DNA of 63,649 nucleotides, the filler included, from Sphacelaria rigidula (lineage: Eukaryota), in the NCBI GenBank assembly GCA_964200075.2. It is 8 parts of 8 records of this genome, joined end to end, with 100 filler letters (N's around TTAATTAATTAA, not from the genome) between each part and the next. Parts side by side here need not be neighbours in the genome. Positions count along the whole stretch, not along the records: positions 1 to 7,870 come from CAXNAA020013159.1; positions 7,971 to 15,840 come from CAXNAA020013160.1; 6 more parts are not named here. One strand, written 5' to 3'. The stretch's first letter is position 1, and each line of letters begins with the position of its first letter. Positions 1 to 12,508 of this stretch are shown piece by piece. The translations under genes and the position numbers were made by a program. The notes under the pieces were generated by a model. That model worked only from the letters and a program-made list of their open reading frames with translations, was not told the origin of the DNA and did not search any database.

Positions 1-474
1 AAACGACTAAGGCAAGCAACAAATGAGTACGCCCCCCCCAACACACACGCTCTCTCTCTCTCGTTTTGAAGCAGATTTTATGTTGTTCAGCAGTCAGCCA
101 GAAACACGAAGATCTTTTTCTGGCAATAATGTTTGAGCATACGTTTGCGCACCTCGTACGTAGAAATTGTCGGAGATCCCGTTCGTATCGGGTTCGCTCC
201 ACTGATCTCTTTTGGTAGACGCAACATTTTTGGAATGAAGTGAAACAAAATGAAAAGGTGTGTGTCCAGTTTTGCGACAATTTGAGCAGCGAGAAAACAA
301 CACACAGATTCTGCCAACTAACGCTTATCATGCAATCAAAGCGTTTTGTGGGCCCCTTGTGTGCGCCTTTTTTGTTTTTCGCCAGTGTATACTAAACCTG
401 CGAGTATATCCCTCGTTCCCGCCATCACTACGCACGCATGTTGTTGTTGCTGTTGTTGTTGTTGTTGTCGTCAG

Positions 475-604
475 CGTACAGCGGAAGCACTGCAGCGTTG
501 AGGTGAAGAAGAAATCGAGCGACGGTGTGCCTGGTTCGGTGACGCTCGTCGGGGGCAGGGGCGACGTTTTCCTCAACGGAAAGCGAATACGGAAGCAAGA
601 AAAG
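475..604 (+). CDS. Internal exon, FHA domain of a kinesin-3-like (KIF1/KIF13/KIF16/KIF28-type) protein
   Basis: Boundaries tcag|C...AAG|gtgaat. Encodes VQRKHCSVEVKK...SVTLVGGRGDVFLNGKRIRKQEK, matching the FHA pattern 'xxxHC.I...V.L......VNG'. Phase 0 end matches the next exon. Confidence 0.75.
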
Positions 605-1518
605 GTGAATGTGTCGTCGCCACGTCGTGTTACGTTGCGCTGTTTACAATGTTCTTAACTACCGTGAGGTATGGAGATGAAACGGGGTAAGAATTAGGAA
701 TACGCTGAACACAAGATACTCCGCCTTTGAAAAATAGGCACTTCTGAAATGTACTCGTGTATGCATCACATGTGAAGGTTGCCGTAGACTGAAAAATCTC
801 ACCTTTGTTACTGGTGATGTGAGACTCTCACAAGGTGCATGTAGCGCGAAAAACTACATTTGTAATTGAATACTTCGAGGGATAGGTTTATCCCAATACG
901 GAATAAACTAAGCGCGAGTGTACTTCATCCTTCATGTAAGTATTGACGCATGTTTCACCAGTACCTATTTGAGTAGCATGAGGCACCTTACGAATTTAAT
1001 GGAACAAAGGAAGTATGTAAATTTTGTTACTTAGCCTCTACTAGAGCATTGCGGATCTACGTCACAGTTCCAGCTGGAGGTCAGCAGGGCGCGTCATTCA
1101 CACGCACACCCATCTCGTCAAAGAGTGAAGAAGTTCTCGTGGTTATGGTTTTACTTCCAACTGCATGTGTAGACTGGACAGCTTTTTCTCAGGGCCCCCC
1201 GAGGCCTCGAGGATACCTTTCGCTGCCGTATCGTCGACATCGTCGTTATGGTATTTTTTATCGTATATGTTTACTTTCGAGGCTTCTACTGCAGATTGTT
1301 GTTACTTATCCTAAAGTTTGGGCCGTGCTATCTTGTCTATATTATTTGATCTTGTTCTTTTGTTGCTGTTCGTCGTCTACCCTTCCTTCTTCTTTTTCTT
1401 CCCTTCCTTCTTCCATTCTTTCTTTTTCTCCTACTCTGCTCATGGTCGTGCTTGTCGTTTTTGTCGTTTTTTACCGTTTTTGTTGCTCGTGCGTGCTCGG
1501 TGGCGACATTCTGGTCAG

Positions 1519-1656
1519 GTGGTTCTTGCGCCTTACGACAGAGTGGCTATTGGGGGCGAGCTGCTCCTCTTCAGGTGGAAGGAGCTGGTCAACGCTGATA
1601 CCCCACCCCCGCCGAGCGCAGAGGAAGCCGTGATGGAGTTCAAAAAAGCCCTGCAG
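1519..1656 (+). CDS. Internal exon, end of FHA domain plus linker (same gene)
   Basis: Boundaries cag|GTG...CTGCAG|gtatgc, 138 nt, phase 0/0. VVLAPYDRVAIGGELLLFRW resembles the FHA C-terminal 'L.HGDRI.xG....FRF' of kinesin-3, followed by AEEAVMEFKKALQ. Confidence 0.78.
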
Positions 1657-1721
1657 GTATGCACTGGTTGATGTTATCCTTGCTGTTGCTGTTGTTACGA
1701 ATGCCTCAAGTAGTAATGGTA

Positions 1722-1795
1722 GTAGTAATGCTAGTAATGTAGCAGCAGTACCAGCAGCAGCAGTGGTTGTAGGTTTTTACTCGTCGTCGTCGTCG

Positions 1796-1844
<49 letters not shown>

Positions 1845-1911
1845 GGAAGAAGCAGAAGTAGTAGTAGTAGTAGTAGTAGCAGTAGCAGCAGCAGCAACAG
1901 CAGTAGCGATG

Positions 1912-1989
<78 letters not shown>

Positions 1990-2040
1990 ATAGCAGCAGC
2001 AGCAACAGCAGCAGCAGTCGTTGTACTGGTAGTAGTGGTA
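1722..2040. repeat. Compound trinucleotide microsatellite (CTA)n / (TAG)n / (CAG)n, intronic
   Basis: Directly visible. (CTA)n at ~1796-1844 is followed by its reverse complement (TAG)n at ~1858-1988. Confidence 0.95.
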
Positions 2041-3579
2041 TTATCGCCGGGTCCATAGTCACAGGGCACAAAAACAGACACGGGGACGGCAGCGTTCGAC
2101 CGTAATGAAGCAAGCACACGCGAAAACCCCCCACTATGTTCTGGCAAAAAAGCAATTGGTGAGTAATATACTCCCTGTGAAATGCGATGGATAGCATTTG
2201 CGATTTGCGAGGTTCAAGGCGGCAAGTTGGCGAGAGTTTCTCTTAAAAGCAGTGTTTTGTAACTTCAATATTCCTCATGCATACCCGTGCTAGTTCTGAT
2301 ACGTACACACAAATCGTACTTCGTATGCAATATGTATCTATGGCAGTTCCATTCACATGCGCTGCACCAGTTCTGACGTACAACACAGGCTGGCTCACGC
2401 TTGTCAGCCCAAGCGCACTCAGCGGCAAAGTTTCACGCAGGTTTTCGGAGTTAGACTCTGAAACTTTGCACACATGTGCTTCAGGTCATTACTCCGAAAG
2501 CCTGCGTGTGTTTCGCGGATGGGTGCGCTGAAGTGTAAAGTGCTCGGTACAACCTCCTAACTAGTTGATTTTAGTATAGAAATGCCTTTTTCGGCGTGAA
2601 AACGATCCCCCTTTGTCACCCTCTTCGGTTGTCTATGCCGGTCAGTGCGATAGCATGTATACGGTTATTGGGTAGGTATCGCAAAGCGGATTTGCGGATT
2701 GGTGGATTTTAGATGATAACCGTGAACCATCCTGTACAACTTGGTTAAAATATCAGATCCTGCCATCTTTTTCAGACTGGAAATCATTTTTCAGTTTCCT
2801 CCAGTTTTGACCTACTAAACGACGGACCATGTATCCAGTCAATGCGGTCCGGACAGCCACCAAAGCCATCCCTCGCGTGAAGGACATGCCGTGTCTACTT
2901 TTTCAATCCGGCAATAAATATATGACGAAGTTAGCACAAGTCTGGCATTCAATGAAATGGATGCCGTCTTCCTCAATTTGCCATCGTCAAAAATTGATGG
3001 ATTCCATGTAACTTATTTGCCGGATGTACTTCGATTGCAAAAGTAGATTGTAACGGGATATTGTGCCTGCAAATAGAGATCTCGACGTTCGTTTAGGAGA
3101 TGCGCTGACTGTATCTTTTGTTTTTCGGGTCAACCGACCCCCAGAAAATGATTAAGTAGTTCTCGGTCTGGTACCTCGTAGGATCTGATCTTGGCCGATA
3201 CAACGTGATCCGCGGTAAGGACCGTGCGTTTTTGCGATATGTTCAAGTTGCGCGATTCTTATTCTGTCAGGAGTCAACCGCATCAGAGATGGTGTAAGAG
3301 GATACCGTTTGACGATTTTTTTCCAAGTTGCACCTGTGTCCTGGGACGCCTACCATGTATGTATCTGTCAGCTTTACTGGATAAAGGCCAGTATCTTTCT
3401 TCTGTCGATATTTTTATTTCACAAGTATCATGAGTTTGGATCTTTCGAGTCAGACGAATAGAAACTGACCTTACATTCATAGCCATCATGTGCGTTTTTT
3501 TCGTGTGCTTTTCTGGTAGAATGCTTTGTAACGGTAGGATGCCGCACGTGCTCAGGCGCACATATGCTATTTTCTACGC

Positions 3580-3975
3580 CAGTTAGTGTTGTATTGAATA
3601 GAAAAAGAAGGATAACGTTGGAGGTAGTAATATCACCGAGTTTTTTACTTCTCCGTGATCTAAATACCGGAATTAAAACTCAACACGAACGTGGTAAGTA
3701 GACAATACTGTCACGTCTCATCAAGCTACTTGTACTTTTTGTATTTCTTCTTATTGCTTTGTGATGTTGTGGTATCAGTTAGTGTTGTATTGAATATAAA
3801 AAGAGGGATAACGTTGTAGGTAGTAATACCACCGAGGTTTTTACTCTCCCGTGATCTAAATACCGAAATTAAAACTCAACACGAACGTAGTAAGTAGAAA
3901 ATACTGTCACGTCTCATCAAGCTACTTGTACCTTTTGTATTTCTTCTTATTGTTTTGTGATATTGTGATATCAGA
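3580..3975. repeat. Tandem duplication, 2 x ~196 bp, intronic
   Basis: cagttagtgttgtattgaat... starts at 3580 and again at 3776, with high similarity along the whole unit. Confidence 0.9.
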
Positions 3976-4541
3976 GTGTTCGGGAAAATACATACTTTTT
4001 CCTCGTTTTTGTCTTTTTCGTGTATGGCTACCAATGGTAAGCGCATGCACTACTTGATTTGAAGGAGACCTTGGTGTTAGAGTACTAGATTCGGGTCAAT
4101 GATCCGACTACCAGCTATGCACGAGAAATAAGAAATGGGAAACTGACAAAGATAATACTTCGTCGCGCACTCGACTTTTTTATGTTGATACGAACTTCAT
4201 TATTGGTATTTCTATCATCACTGTCGCCATCGTTATGGTCATCGTTGTTGTCATTATTATGTTATCATCGTTCCCGCTATTAATACTATTCCTACCATGC
4301 TGTTACTCTTCCTCCAATACTACTACACTACTACTTCGTACTACTATGTGAGGTTCATTCGGCTAATACTTTCACTCTTTCAAGGAAGATGGGTTGGGAC
4401 CATTGGGTCGTTACACATCCGTCCGCACAATTCCCGTATACATGAAAGCACATATACGTAATTGAGAGTGTAATGTGCATTACCTCGATCAGAGAGGGTA
4501 GAGTATCGCTATCTTGCATCGTGTTGTGCACGGGGGTACTG

Positions 4542-4641
4542 AATGTATGTATGTATGTATGTATGTATGTATGTATGTATGTATGTATGTATGTATGTAT
4601 GTATGTATGTATGTATGCATGTATGTATGTATGTATGTATG
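4542..4641. repeat. (ATGT)n microsatellite
   Basis: Directly visible tetranucleotide run. Confidence 0.95.
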
Positions 4642-4996
4642 AATCTATGTATTGTGTACGTGTGTGGCCAGAGTTTTTCTCTGCAAGTTCTACTCAAGTG
4701 TTGTTCAGAGTCTGCTTGTTCGTTTATCTTCAATCCGCGTATTGTATGACCGATTACAGGTGAATGAGTGGTAAATCAGCTGCCACATATGAGGCACTCA
4801 GTCAACCAACCGGCCATTGAACCAATCAACCAAATCAATAGAAGCTGCCCACCGTTTCCACACAGACCGTTCTACACACCATTATACTTGTACAGTATAA
4901 CTCAATACTTACGTGAGTTCATCACACGCACACACACTCCTCTACCCCCACCTCCCACCCGCCACCCCTCCCCCCTATTCGTTGCGGACGTTGAAG

Positions 4997-5062
4997 GGGC
5001 GCGCGACGCGACGTCGATCTGCCGAACTCCACGCAATGGAGCAGCAGCTCAAAGATCTACAG
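4997..5062 (+). CDS. Probable small internal exon, coiled coil (same gene)
   Basis: Boundaries gaag|GGG...CTACAG|gtgagg, 66 nt, phase 0/0. GRATRRRSAELHAMEQQLKDLQ is heptad-like. The acceptor is weak. Confidence 0.55.
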
Positions 5063-5739
5063 GTGAGGTGTAATATGGAACAAACGAAACGAGCAGAAAC
5101 AGCAAAGAGCAAGATCTGCAATTTTTATTTATTTTGAATATTAAAACCACTTGGATCCACGAAAACGTCATAGTACATACATGCGTACACAGAGAGGAAG
5201 AAACAAGGTAGGAAGTGAGAGCAGGCATCATAACTACTTTTACTGTAGTTGTTGTGTCTTTTCGAGTGTTCTCCACCCTCAGCTCTTGGAGCGCAAGTAT
5301 TTGTATATCTTCCGGAGTTGACAGTGTGTAGGTGATAGCTCACTGACTGCAATGACGTCGTCCTTTTTTGTTTGGATGGTCCCACTTCAAGGTCGGCGAG
5401 TGCCACACAGCGAAATGAAGACAGCCTTACAGCCGATTTATCTGGAGGGGGGCGCCCCGGTTTGACACATGAAGTTTCAATCAGGAAAAGCTAATAGAGA
5501 TGATCTGTAGTGCTGTGAGATGAGCGAATATATACATTCATATATCGTTTATATATACGTATGGTAAGAGGCATTTTGTTCTCAATGGCGATACCATATC
5601 TTCTGTAGAACGAAATGGTGACATACATACCGTCATCAGCGCCAGAGTTGACCTGAAATCCACAAAACGAGTCACGGGTTTGAAATCGTATCCTGGGCTT
5701 CTGCTGCCATCCCCCCCCTCCCCCCCCTTCCCCCTTTTC

Positions 5740-6044
5740 ATGGTGAGATACCCGTGAAGCAGTGTGTAATCCGTCGCTGTCTCTGGAAGTGGCAATGCCA
5801 GAAAATGAAGCAACTTATTGGAGGCTGCCATTCATGTGCAGGAGAATCAGTACGCTTAGGACCGAAATTTTTTAGCAGAGTGCAGCCCACTCTTCATGCG
5901 ACCCGCCCAACACATCACGGCGCTTCGCGCTTGGTGATTGATTGCAAGCCTGGTCCAGGGAAACCCGGCGTGCTCCGTCCCTGCTTTGCAGGGATGCGAG
6001 GTCAATATGTCACACGACTACGGCATGCAAGGTTGTGAGTACAC
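5740..6044 (+). mobile_element. 5'-truncated non-LTR family B copy
   Basis: Homologous to 24180-24469 and 62589-62907. Preceded by C-run 5711-5734; ends gtgagtacac before a pyrimidine tract. Confidence 0.75.
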
Positions 6045-6104
6045 CTCTTTCCCCTTTCAGATAGATCGACTTCTAAAACTCTCGAGGAATTAATATCCTC
6101 CAAA

Positions 6105-6148
<44 letters not shown>

Positions 6149-6589
6149 ACGCGGAGTTGGGAATAATACGCATTGATTTCAAGCACGTGGCTGAAACGCG
6201 AGAAATAAGCCCTTCACATGTACACTAAATAACGAGCGGCCAGAGAACCTTCTAATCGATTGGCAGTTGAGCATGGAAGCGTGTTTTATACTCCACACAC
6301 ATCTACCCAGATTTACGTTCAGTACGGTTGAAGTCCTCTTGAGCGGTAGCAGCCACTATTCGTTCGCAACATGGATTTTTTTCGTCGAATTCGTATGTTT
6401 CGAACATGTCATCCCCAACAAAATACTTGAATATACAACCCACCTTCTTGACAGATGCGAGCAGTCGCGAGGTACCGAAAGTTCCACACGTAGGACAACT
6501 CATGAGCTAGCTCCTCTGCGGGCGGTAGCTCACTTGTAGTCAAGCATGTACATGTGAGCTACGTCCGATAGCTCAACACAAGGTACACG

Positions 6590-7870
6590 TGCGCTGATGA
6601 GCTACGAGTTGGTAGCTCACCCAGGACAAACATGCGTAGCTCATGCAGCTGTCATAGCTCACCCAGGGCGAATCTGAGCTGATGAGCTACGGGTTGGTAG
6701 CTCACCCAGGGCAAACATGTGTAGCTCATGCAGCTCTCATAGCTCACCCAGGAAGAATCTGAGCTGATGAGCTACGGGTTGATAGCTCACCTATCGCAAA
6801 CAGGCGTAGCTCATACAGCTCCCATAGCTCACTCAGGGCGAATATGAGCTGATGAGCTACGGGTTGGTAGCTCACCCAGGGCAAACATGTGCAGCTCATG
6901 TAGCTCTCATAGGTCACCCAGGACAAATATGAGCTGATGGGCTACGGGTTGGTAGCTCACGTACGGTAAACATGCGTAGCTCATACAGCTCTCATAGCTC
7001 ACCCCAGGAAATATATGCGGATGAGCTACGCTCGATAGCTCACCCAAGGCAAACATGTGTAGCTCACGCAGCTCTTGTAGCTTACCCGGGGATAACATGA
7101 GCGATGAGCTACGCCCGGTAGCTCACCCCAGGGACACATGGTCGTGGCTCACTCACGTCATATGCCTAGCTCGCCGCTGGCCAACCCCGTGGCGCTTATG
7201 ATGAAACGTTCTTGTTCGAACGGTTCGAACAATAGCGCCACATTTCATTAGGTTGTGATGTTTTGCCTCACTTTTTGCGATAGTAAGAAAAGAAGCCAAC
7301 ACATATCCTCGTTCGCATGTTCAGATGGTTGAAAAAGGTATTGATATTCAGTGTCTACAACAATCGACCGATTCATTTCTATTGATGGGTTGGCCGCGAG
7401 GGTACGAGTCTATCTCGTCATGCATACGTTTTTCAAGTGAAATTGGAGCCGATTCAACGGATTACTTATGCTCGCCGTCAAGGGGTTAGCCCTTTGACCG
7501 CGAGGGTAGGCAATCTGATAAATCAGCAAAGTTCACTTTATTTTTCGGGTGTGAATGGTGCCGATTCAGAGACCTCCTATCCTCGCGATCAAAGGGATAA
7601 GCAATCGTAGCTCTCATAGCTCTCATAGCTCATCCAGGGCAAGCATGCCTAGCTCATGTATCTCTCATAGCTCATCCAGGGCAAACATGTGTAGCTTATG
7701 GATCTCTCATAGCTCATACGGGGCAAACATGTGTAGCTCATGCAGCTCTCATAGCTCACCCAGGACAAATATGAGCTGATGGGCTACGGGTTGGTAGCTC
7801 ACGTACGGTAAACATGCGTAGCTCATACAGCTCTCATAGCTCACCCCAGGAAATATATGCGTAGCTCATG
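6590..7870. repeat. 85-bp AGCT-rich tandem satellite in two blocks (~6590-7130 and ~7605-7870, the latter running into the contig end)
   Basis: tgagctgatg(a/g)gctacgggttg recurs at 6675, 6760, 6845 and 6930 (period 85). Contains the internal palindrome TGAGCTAC-gggttg-GTAGCTCA. Confidence 0.9.
7490..7596. mobile_element. ~100-bp piggyBac-like MITE; other copies 38066-38163, 55330-55430, 57680-57781; degenerate adjacent copy ~7390-7485
   Basis: TIR CCCTTTGACCGCGAG...CTCGCGATCAAAGGG with TTAA-like flanks (ttag/ataa here; ttga/ttaa at 38062/38164). Copies share the internal gccgattc and gtatgc motifs. Confidence 0.65.
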
Positions 7871-7970
7871 NNNNNNNNNNNNNNNNNNNNNNNNNNNNNN
7901 NNNNNNNNNNNNNNTTAATTAATTAANNNNNNNNNNNNNNNNNNNNNNNNNNNNNNNNNNNNNNNNNNNN
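7871..7970. other. Artificial contig-joining linker (N44-TTAATTAATTAA-N44); also at 15841-15940, 23810-23909, 31779-31878, 39747-39846, 47715-47814, 55683-55782
   Basis: Identical 100-nt spacer seven times, with stops in all six frames. The flanking segments fall monotonically from 7870 to 7867 bp, as expected for size-sorted concatenated contigs. Confidence 0.98.
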
Positions 7971-8898
7971 CTGGTATCGCCACTTCCTGAGACAGCGACG
8001 GCTTATACACTGCCTCCTGGGTGTCTCGCCATGTAAACACTACGTGATACGATCATCTCCGTTGTGCGGAGGGGGAAAAAGGAAAGGAAGGAAGGAAGGA
8101 AGGAAGGAAGGGAAAGGGAGGGACAAAAACGTGAGGGGGAATGGCCAAGCCTCTGCCGCATATCTTTACGAAAGGAAGTCGCATAAGAGCAAAACAAAAT
8201 AAAACTAAACAAAAAGGAACAAAACGAACAAGGCCATAAATTTTACTGGGAATCCATCAACCCCGTACACCATCCACGCGACGTCTTGTGCTACTCCCGC
8301 GCCTACTCCTTACTCCGTGGTCAGGCGCAGCCGAAGCACAAACGGTAAGGACCAGAACAACATCGCAGAAAGCACGGTTTGATGTGCTTGGTAGTTACAT
8401 GGCGTATATGACACAATACAAACGAACAAGATGACAAGTAGCTCACGCGTAATGGAAGGAAAAAAAAACTCGGAATACGAGTCATGAGAACAGAATTGCG
8501 GTATATCCTAAAGAAGTTACGGTTCTTCTTTCGACTTTTGGGGGTGAGAGTAACAGAAAGCGAACAAGCAAAATGCTGTGCTCTCGAGAAAATGATGTCG
8601 TAGTTATTTCATCATAGTAAGAAAGCTACCCACGTCGTACTCGTGTACAAGACGAGAATTCCGAGAGGGAATTCATACAGTCCTGTGTACTCGTTTTTTT
8701 TTTCAAACCGAAAATGGACATGTTGATCGATTTAAGTCTTCACCTGTTCATCTCGACTCTACAAACGATAGACAAGCCAAGTTTTGACGTGAACGACCAA
8801 ACAGTTTCGTTCGCACCACGACGCTCCTGCAGAACTTTAACTTATGTTTAGGGGCTTAAGGTTTGGACGGGGGACGGGGGACGCGAGGGGAAACGGGG

Positions 8899-8995
8899 TG
8901 TGTGCCCATGGTTCTGCACGCCGTAATCATACCAACAGTGACCCCACATCCCTACAAAGCCGGGACAGAGCACGCTGGGTTTTCCCCTGATCAGG
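8899..8995 (-). mobile_element. Short 3' fragment of non-LTR family B
   Basis: Reverse complement of the aaaacccggcgtgctccgtcccggctttgtagggatg... 3' end. G-rich flanks on both sides. Confidence 0.65.
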
Positions 8996-10421
8996 GGAGG
9001 GGGGGCGGGGTTTTCGTCATACGAAACTTCGTGTACACGCTGCTTTCTAGATTGAGGTCAAACCTCAACACACAGGCGGAGCAGTTTGTTCGAAACATTA
9101 CGGCGACAACACCGATCAGAGGCAAGAGCAAGCATTTACTATTACAGGGCTGGTCCTACTCCTCGAGACAAGAAAATTGTCTCCGGGACAAACAGGTCTA
9201 ACAGCAGCAAAAAGTAGTACCAAGTAGGTGCTCTTGCAACCGTACAGCCAACCTGGAGTGCATCGCGCGCTCTAGTCCTTCAGCCAGGAGGTATCTTTGT
9301 CATTTCACACTACCCTCCAACACCAAATGCAGTCTAGTGTCAGTTCGACACAAAAATCAATATATCCTAATTCTTGACATCGGTCGAGACATGATCCAGC
9401 AGTACACAATTTACAGTTACCACATCAACGCTACAACCAACCTCACCACACTCCAACTTCATGCCAACAGGACGAAACGCTACCGTACACGCACGCCACA
9501 CACCATGATCAACAACCAAAAACTGAACACACGCGTCCATCCAATTCCCGATCCATTTATCCACACACCTCGCATACACCAACCAAAATCTCGCTTTACA
9601 AAAACTAACTCCTCTTCATATACAAAAACAGCAAAATAAAAACAATATGTTCGTCAGTTACCCCGGCAACTAAACATGTATTTAAAGCCTGAGCACACCA
9701 GAAATAATAATATCCGGAAACGTATCGAAAAATCTTCCATTTTCGATCAGATTTTTTTGGTGAAGCCATATTGTCGAGCCACAGAGATGAGTCATACTAT
9801 GATTGTACACCACAGCGTATCGCATTTTTTGCACTTTAAAACCATTGGGGGGCGGGGGGCGGGGGGAGGGGGGAGGGGGGAGGGGAGGGGTAATCTGAGC
9901 CTATACAGCCATTTCTTGAATGAAACAAAGACGGTGCCGATTCAACAGATGATCCACCCTGGCGATCAAAGTTTTTCAGAACTTGAAAGTAGTTTGAAAA
10001 TTTCCATGTTTCGACCTACGACCTTGTCTCTGCGAAAGAACCCACTACACAGTAAATCACGCACATCAAAAGGGTATTCCTCCTCCCTGAGTAGGCAGGT
10101 GAGTGTTCTTGCCCATGCGTGAGGCACGCGAGCCTCCCCTGTGGCCTGCACGTCGGCATGGGCGGTTTTTACCTTGGTTCTCGACTGATAAGGTGTGAAA
10201 AACAAAACTGGGTACCGCTCCCGCGACATGATGCCAAAAGGGGTACGAGCAGGGGAGGACGAGAGTCGCAAGGGTGTGTACGGTACGGTAGGTAGGGTAA
10301 ATACCCGGGTATTTACTGTTCCCAAGTTTGTGTTGCGATGATCCGGTCTCCCCGAATATTGGATGGAGTTAGGTACGGTCACAGCACTATACCCAATATC
10401 TGCCTACAGTAGTGTTGTTAA

Positions 10422-11240
10422 GGCCGGATGTTATGGCAACAGATCTCTGGCCCACAGATTTTTGAATTCTGGTGAAACAAATCCGCGGCCAATTTGGTTT
10501 CGGGAACGATATTATGGCAACACACAGATTTTCGTACCATACTGTTCTGATTTGTATGCCTCCACCAGGGTTTCGAGTTTTATGTTTGGCGTGTTTCAAC
10601 AGCTCACAGTCCCGAGGTGTCTTGTGTGTTGTGGCGTGCTGTAGTGATGTAGCGTCACTGCCGCAGAGAGGTCATCACCACCCCACTAACATCAGTGCCG
10701 GTTCTTTCGAGCACATAAGTAAGCGACCATGCCCCCCTCGTTGCTGCTAAAGTTGAATCCTTCATCGAAGGATCGCAGAACTACCCGCCAGACAGCGACA
10801 GTCCGCATCACATGTCTACTCTCTCAACGCCTTTGCACTGCTTTCGCCAGGACACCGACGAACAAGGCGTGTCGTTTTTTGTCTCGTACACGCGAAGCGG
10901 GCTCCATGACGCATCGGCTGCGGCGTGTGCTTGCTTCGTGTGTTGTTGAATGTTGTCGACAGGATCACTCACGAAGGCGCAGCCAGCACGCCAGCACATC
11001 CAAGGAAAACGCGGCGTGACCCCAGTATGACGGTCTGCCGGCCAAAACGCAAAAAATCGTGTGCAAAAATCTGTGCTTGCCGATCCCCGCCAGTTTGCCC
11101 AAAAATCTGTGGGACTCGGGCCCCGAATCTTGGCCACGGATTTATTCACCCAAAATTTCGATAAATCTGTACCCATAACATGGGTGTCACACGAATTTTG
11201 AAGATCCGGGGCCGAAGATCTGTTGCCATAACAGCCAGCC
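10422..11240. mobile_element. PIF/Harbinger (Tourist-like) non-autonomous element, 819 bp
   Basis: Left TIR GGCCGGATGTTATGGCAACAGATCT; right end AGATCTGTTGCCATAACAGCCAGCC. TAA on both sides (10419-10421 and 11241-11243), the PIF/Harbinger TSD. Confidence 0.8.
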
Positions 11241-11371
11241 TAAGAACGATCTCGATACTCGATCCGAGTTTTGGGTACTTCGGGAGTACGATTTTTCAGG
11301 ACACCAAAATGTAGGAAATACCCTACCCAATATAACCTTGGAGAGTTGTCAAACGAACCGAGGTCCAAATA

Positions 11372-11583
11372 GGGCCGAAGCTCGTAAGAGTAGAGCGGCG
11401 CGTACACTACGCCAAGTTGACAGGCGGTTTTACTGGGTTCAACTCCCATACTGCCTTGAGCAAAGTTGTCCGAACGCTCGAGGGGCCTGCCCCAGTTGAC
11501 CGCCACACGGTGGTCTAGCCGAGCCTCCGGGTAACCGGAACACGACCCCATTCGCGGGATAACTGTTGGGTGAGGTTTACACT
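11372..11583 (+). mobile_element. Putative tRNA-derived SINE
   Basis: A-box-like AGCTCGTAAGAGTAGAGC and B-box GGTTCAACTCC (11436-11446). No intact cloverleaf; followed by T/A-rich tracts. Confidence 0.55.
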
Positions 11584-11859
11584 TTTCTTTTCAAGGGAAA
11601 AAAGAAAAAAGAAAAAAGCTTCAACTCATCGGCCAGTCTAGTAGGGGAGAATGTTGATGAACTCACCGTATAGCTTGTGCGAGGAAGGTCATGACTAACG
11701 GTGCATGTACATCATCCACATCCTGGACAAAGGATTACATTATAGGAAAGTGTACCGCGTACAGTATGGAATATTTTGTCTATCGCAATACATACAACAG
11801 TCGATACTGTACACAGTACACTTTTTCACGGGTCGGACAAATAAATTATTCGTGTGGTA

Positions 11860-12463
11860 AATTACTTGATTTTAGTGGATAGATTCGTACCGTACGAATC
11901 AATCCTTAGGCTTTGTTTTTAGCGTCGCAACCCAGGTACACGCAACCCAGGCACACGAGGAATGGCGCAAAAAATGCGTGGAGACTTTTTTGACAACCGG
12001 TGAACTTTTTTTTCTCCTTGTTGAGCAATCAGGCCTGAAAAATCGTGCATTTGGTGATTCGAATCGGGGAAGTTTCTTCCGAACCGTGCACTTTTTGACA
12101 ATGCAATCTATAGTATTGTCATTATCCAGGGCGTGACACAATCGTCGTATCGTTCACGTTCAAAACGAAACTAAAAATGAAATGAAAGCATGTGGAATGC
12201 CACCCCCCCCCCCCCCGTTCTCCCCACTCCCCCCGAAGTTCCAAGGGTTGACCGAACAATGATTCATCCGAAGATTACTTGATTTTAGTGTAATTAATTT
12301 GTGCCATACAAATCAACCCGGTGCACCCCCAGATACACGCACCCCAGGCACGTGGAATAGCGCAAAAAATGCGTGGATAATGTTTTGACCCGCGGTCAGC
12401 TTCTTTTTCTCCCTCTTTTTCGAGTAAACCATGCCTCAGGAATCGTAGATTTGGTGATTCGAA
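11860..12463. repeat. Two diverged direct copies (~11860-12065 and ~12274-12463) of a ~200-bp intronic repeat
   Basis: Both share attac(t)ttgatttt(t)agtg, cccaggcac..ggaat.gcgcaaaaaatgcgtgga and atttggtgattcgaa. Confidence 0.7.
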
Positions 12464-12508
12464 CAAGCGATGATTAGTCCGACCTTTGCTAAGCTAAGCT
12501 CCACGTAC

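Noticed and set aside
1706-2197. Poly-Leu/Thr/Val ORFs (also 4473-4763, 22601-22993, 14048-14322, 62781-63369)
   Set aside because: Stop-free frames produced by microsatellites or G/C homopolymers.
6590-7130. CRISPR-like palindromic repeats
   Set aside because: The sequence between the palindromes is itself repeated, so this is a satellite.
7915-7926. Recurring TTAATTAATTAA palindrome every ~7.97 kb
   Set aside because: Always centred in N runs; it is an artificial six-frame-stop linker. Adjacency between contigs has no biological meaning.
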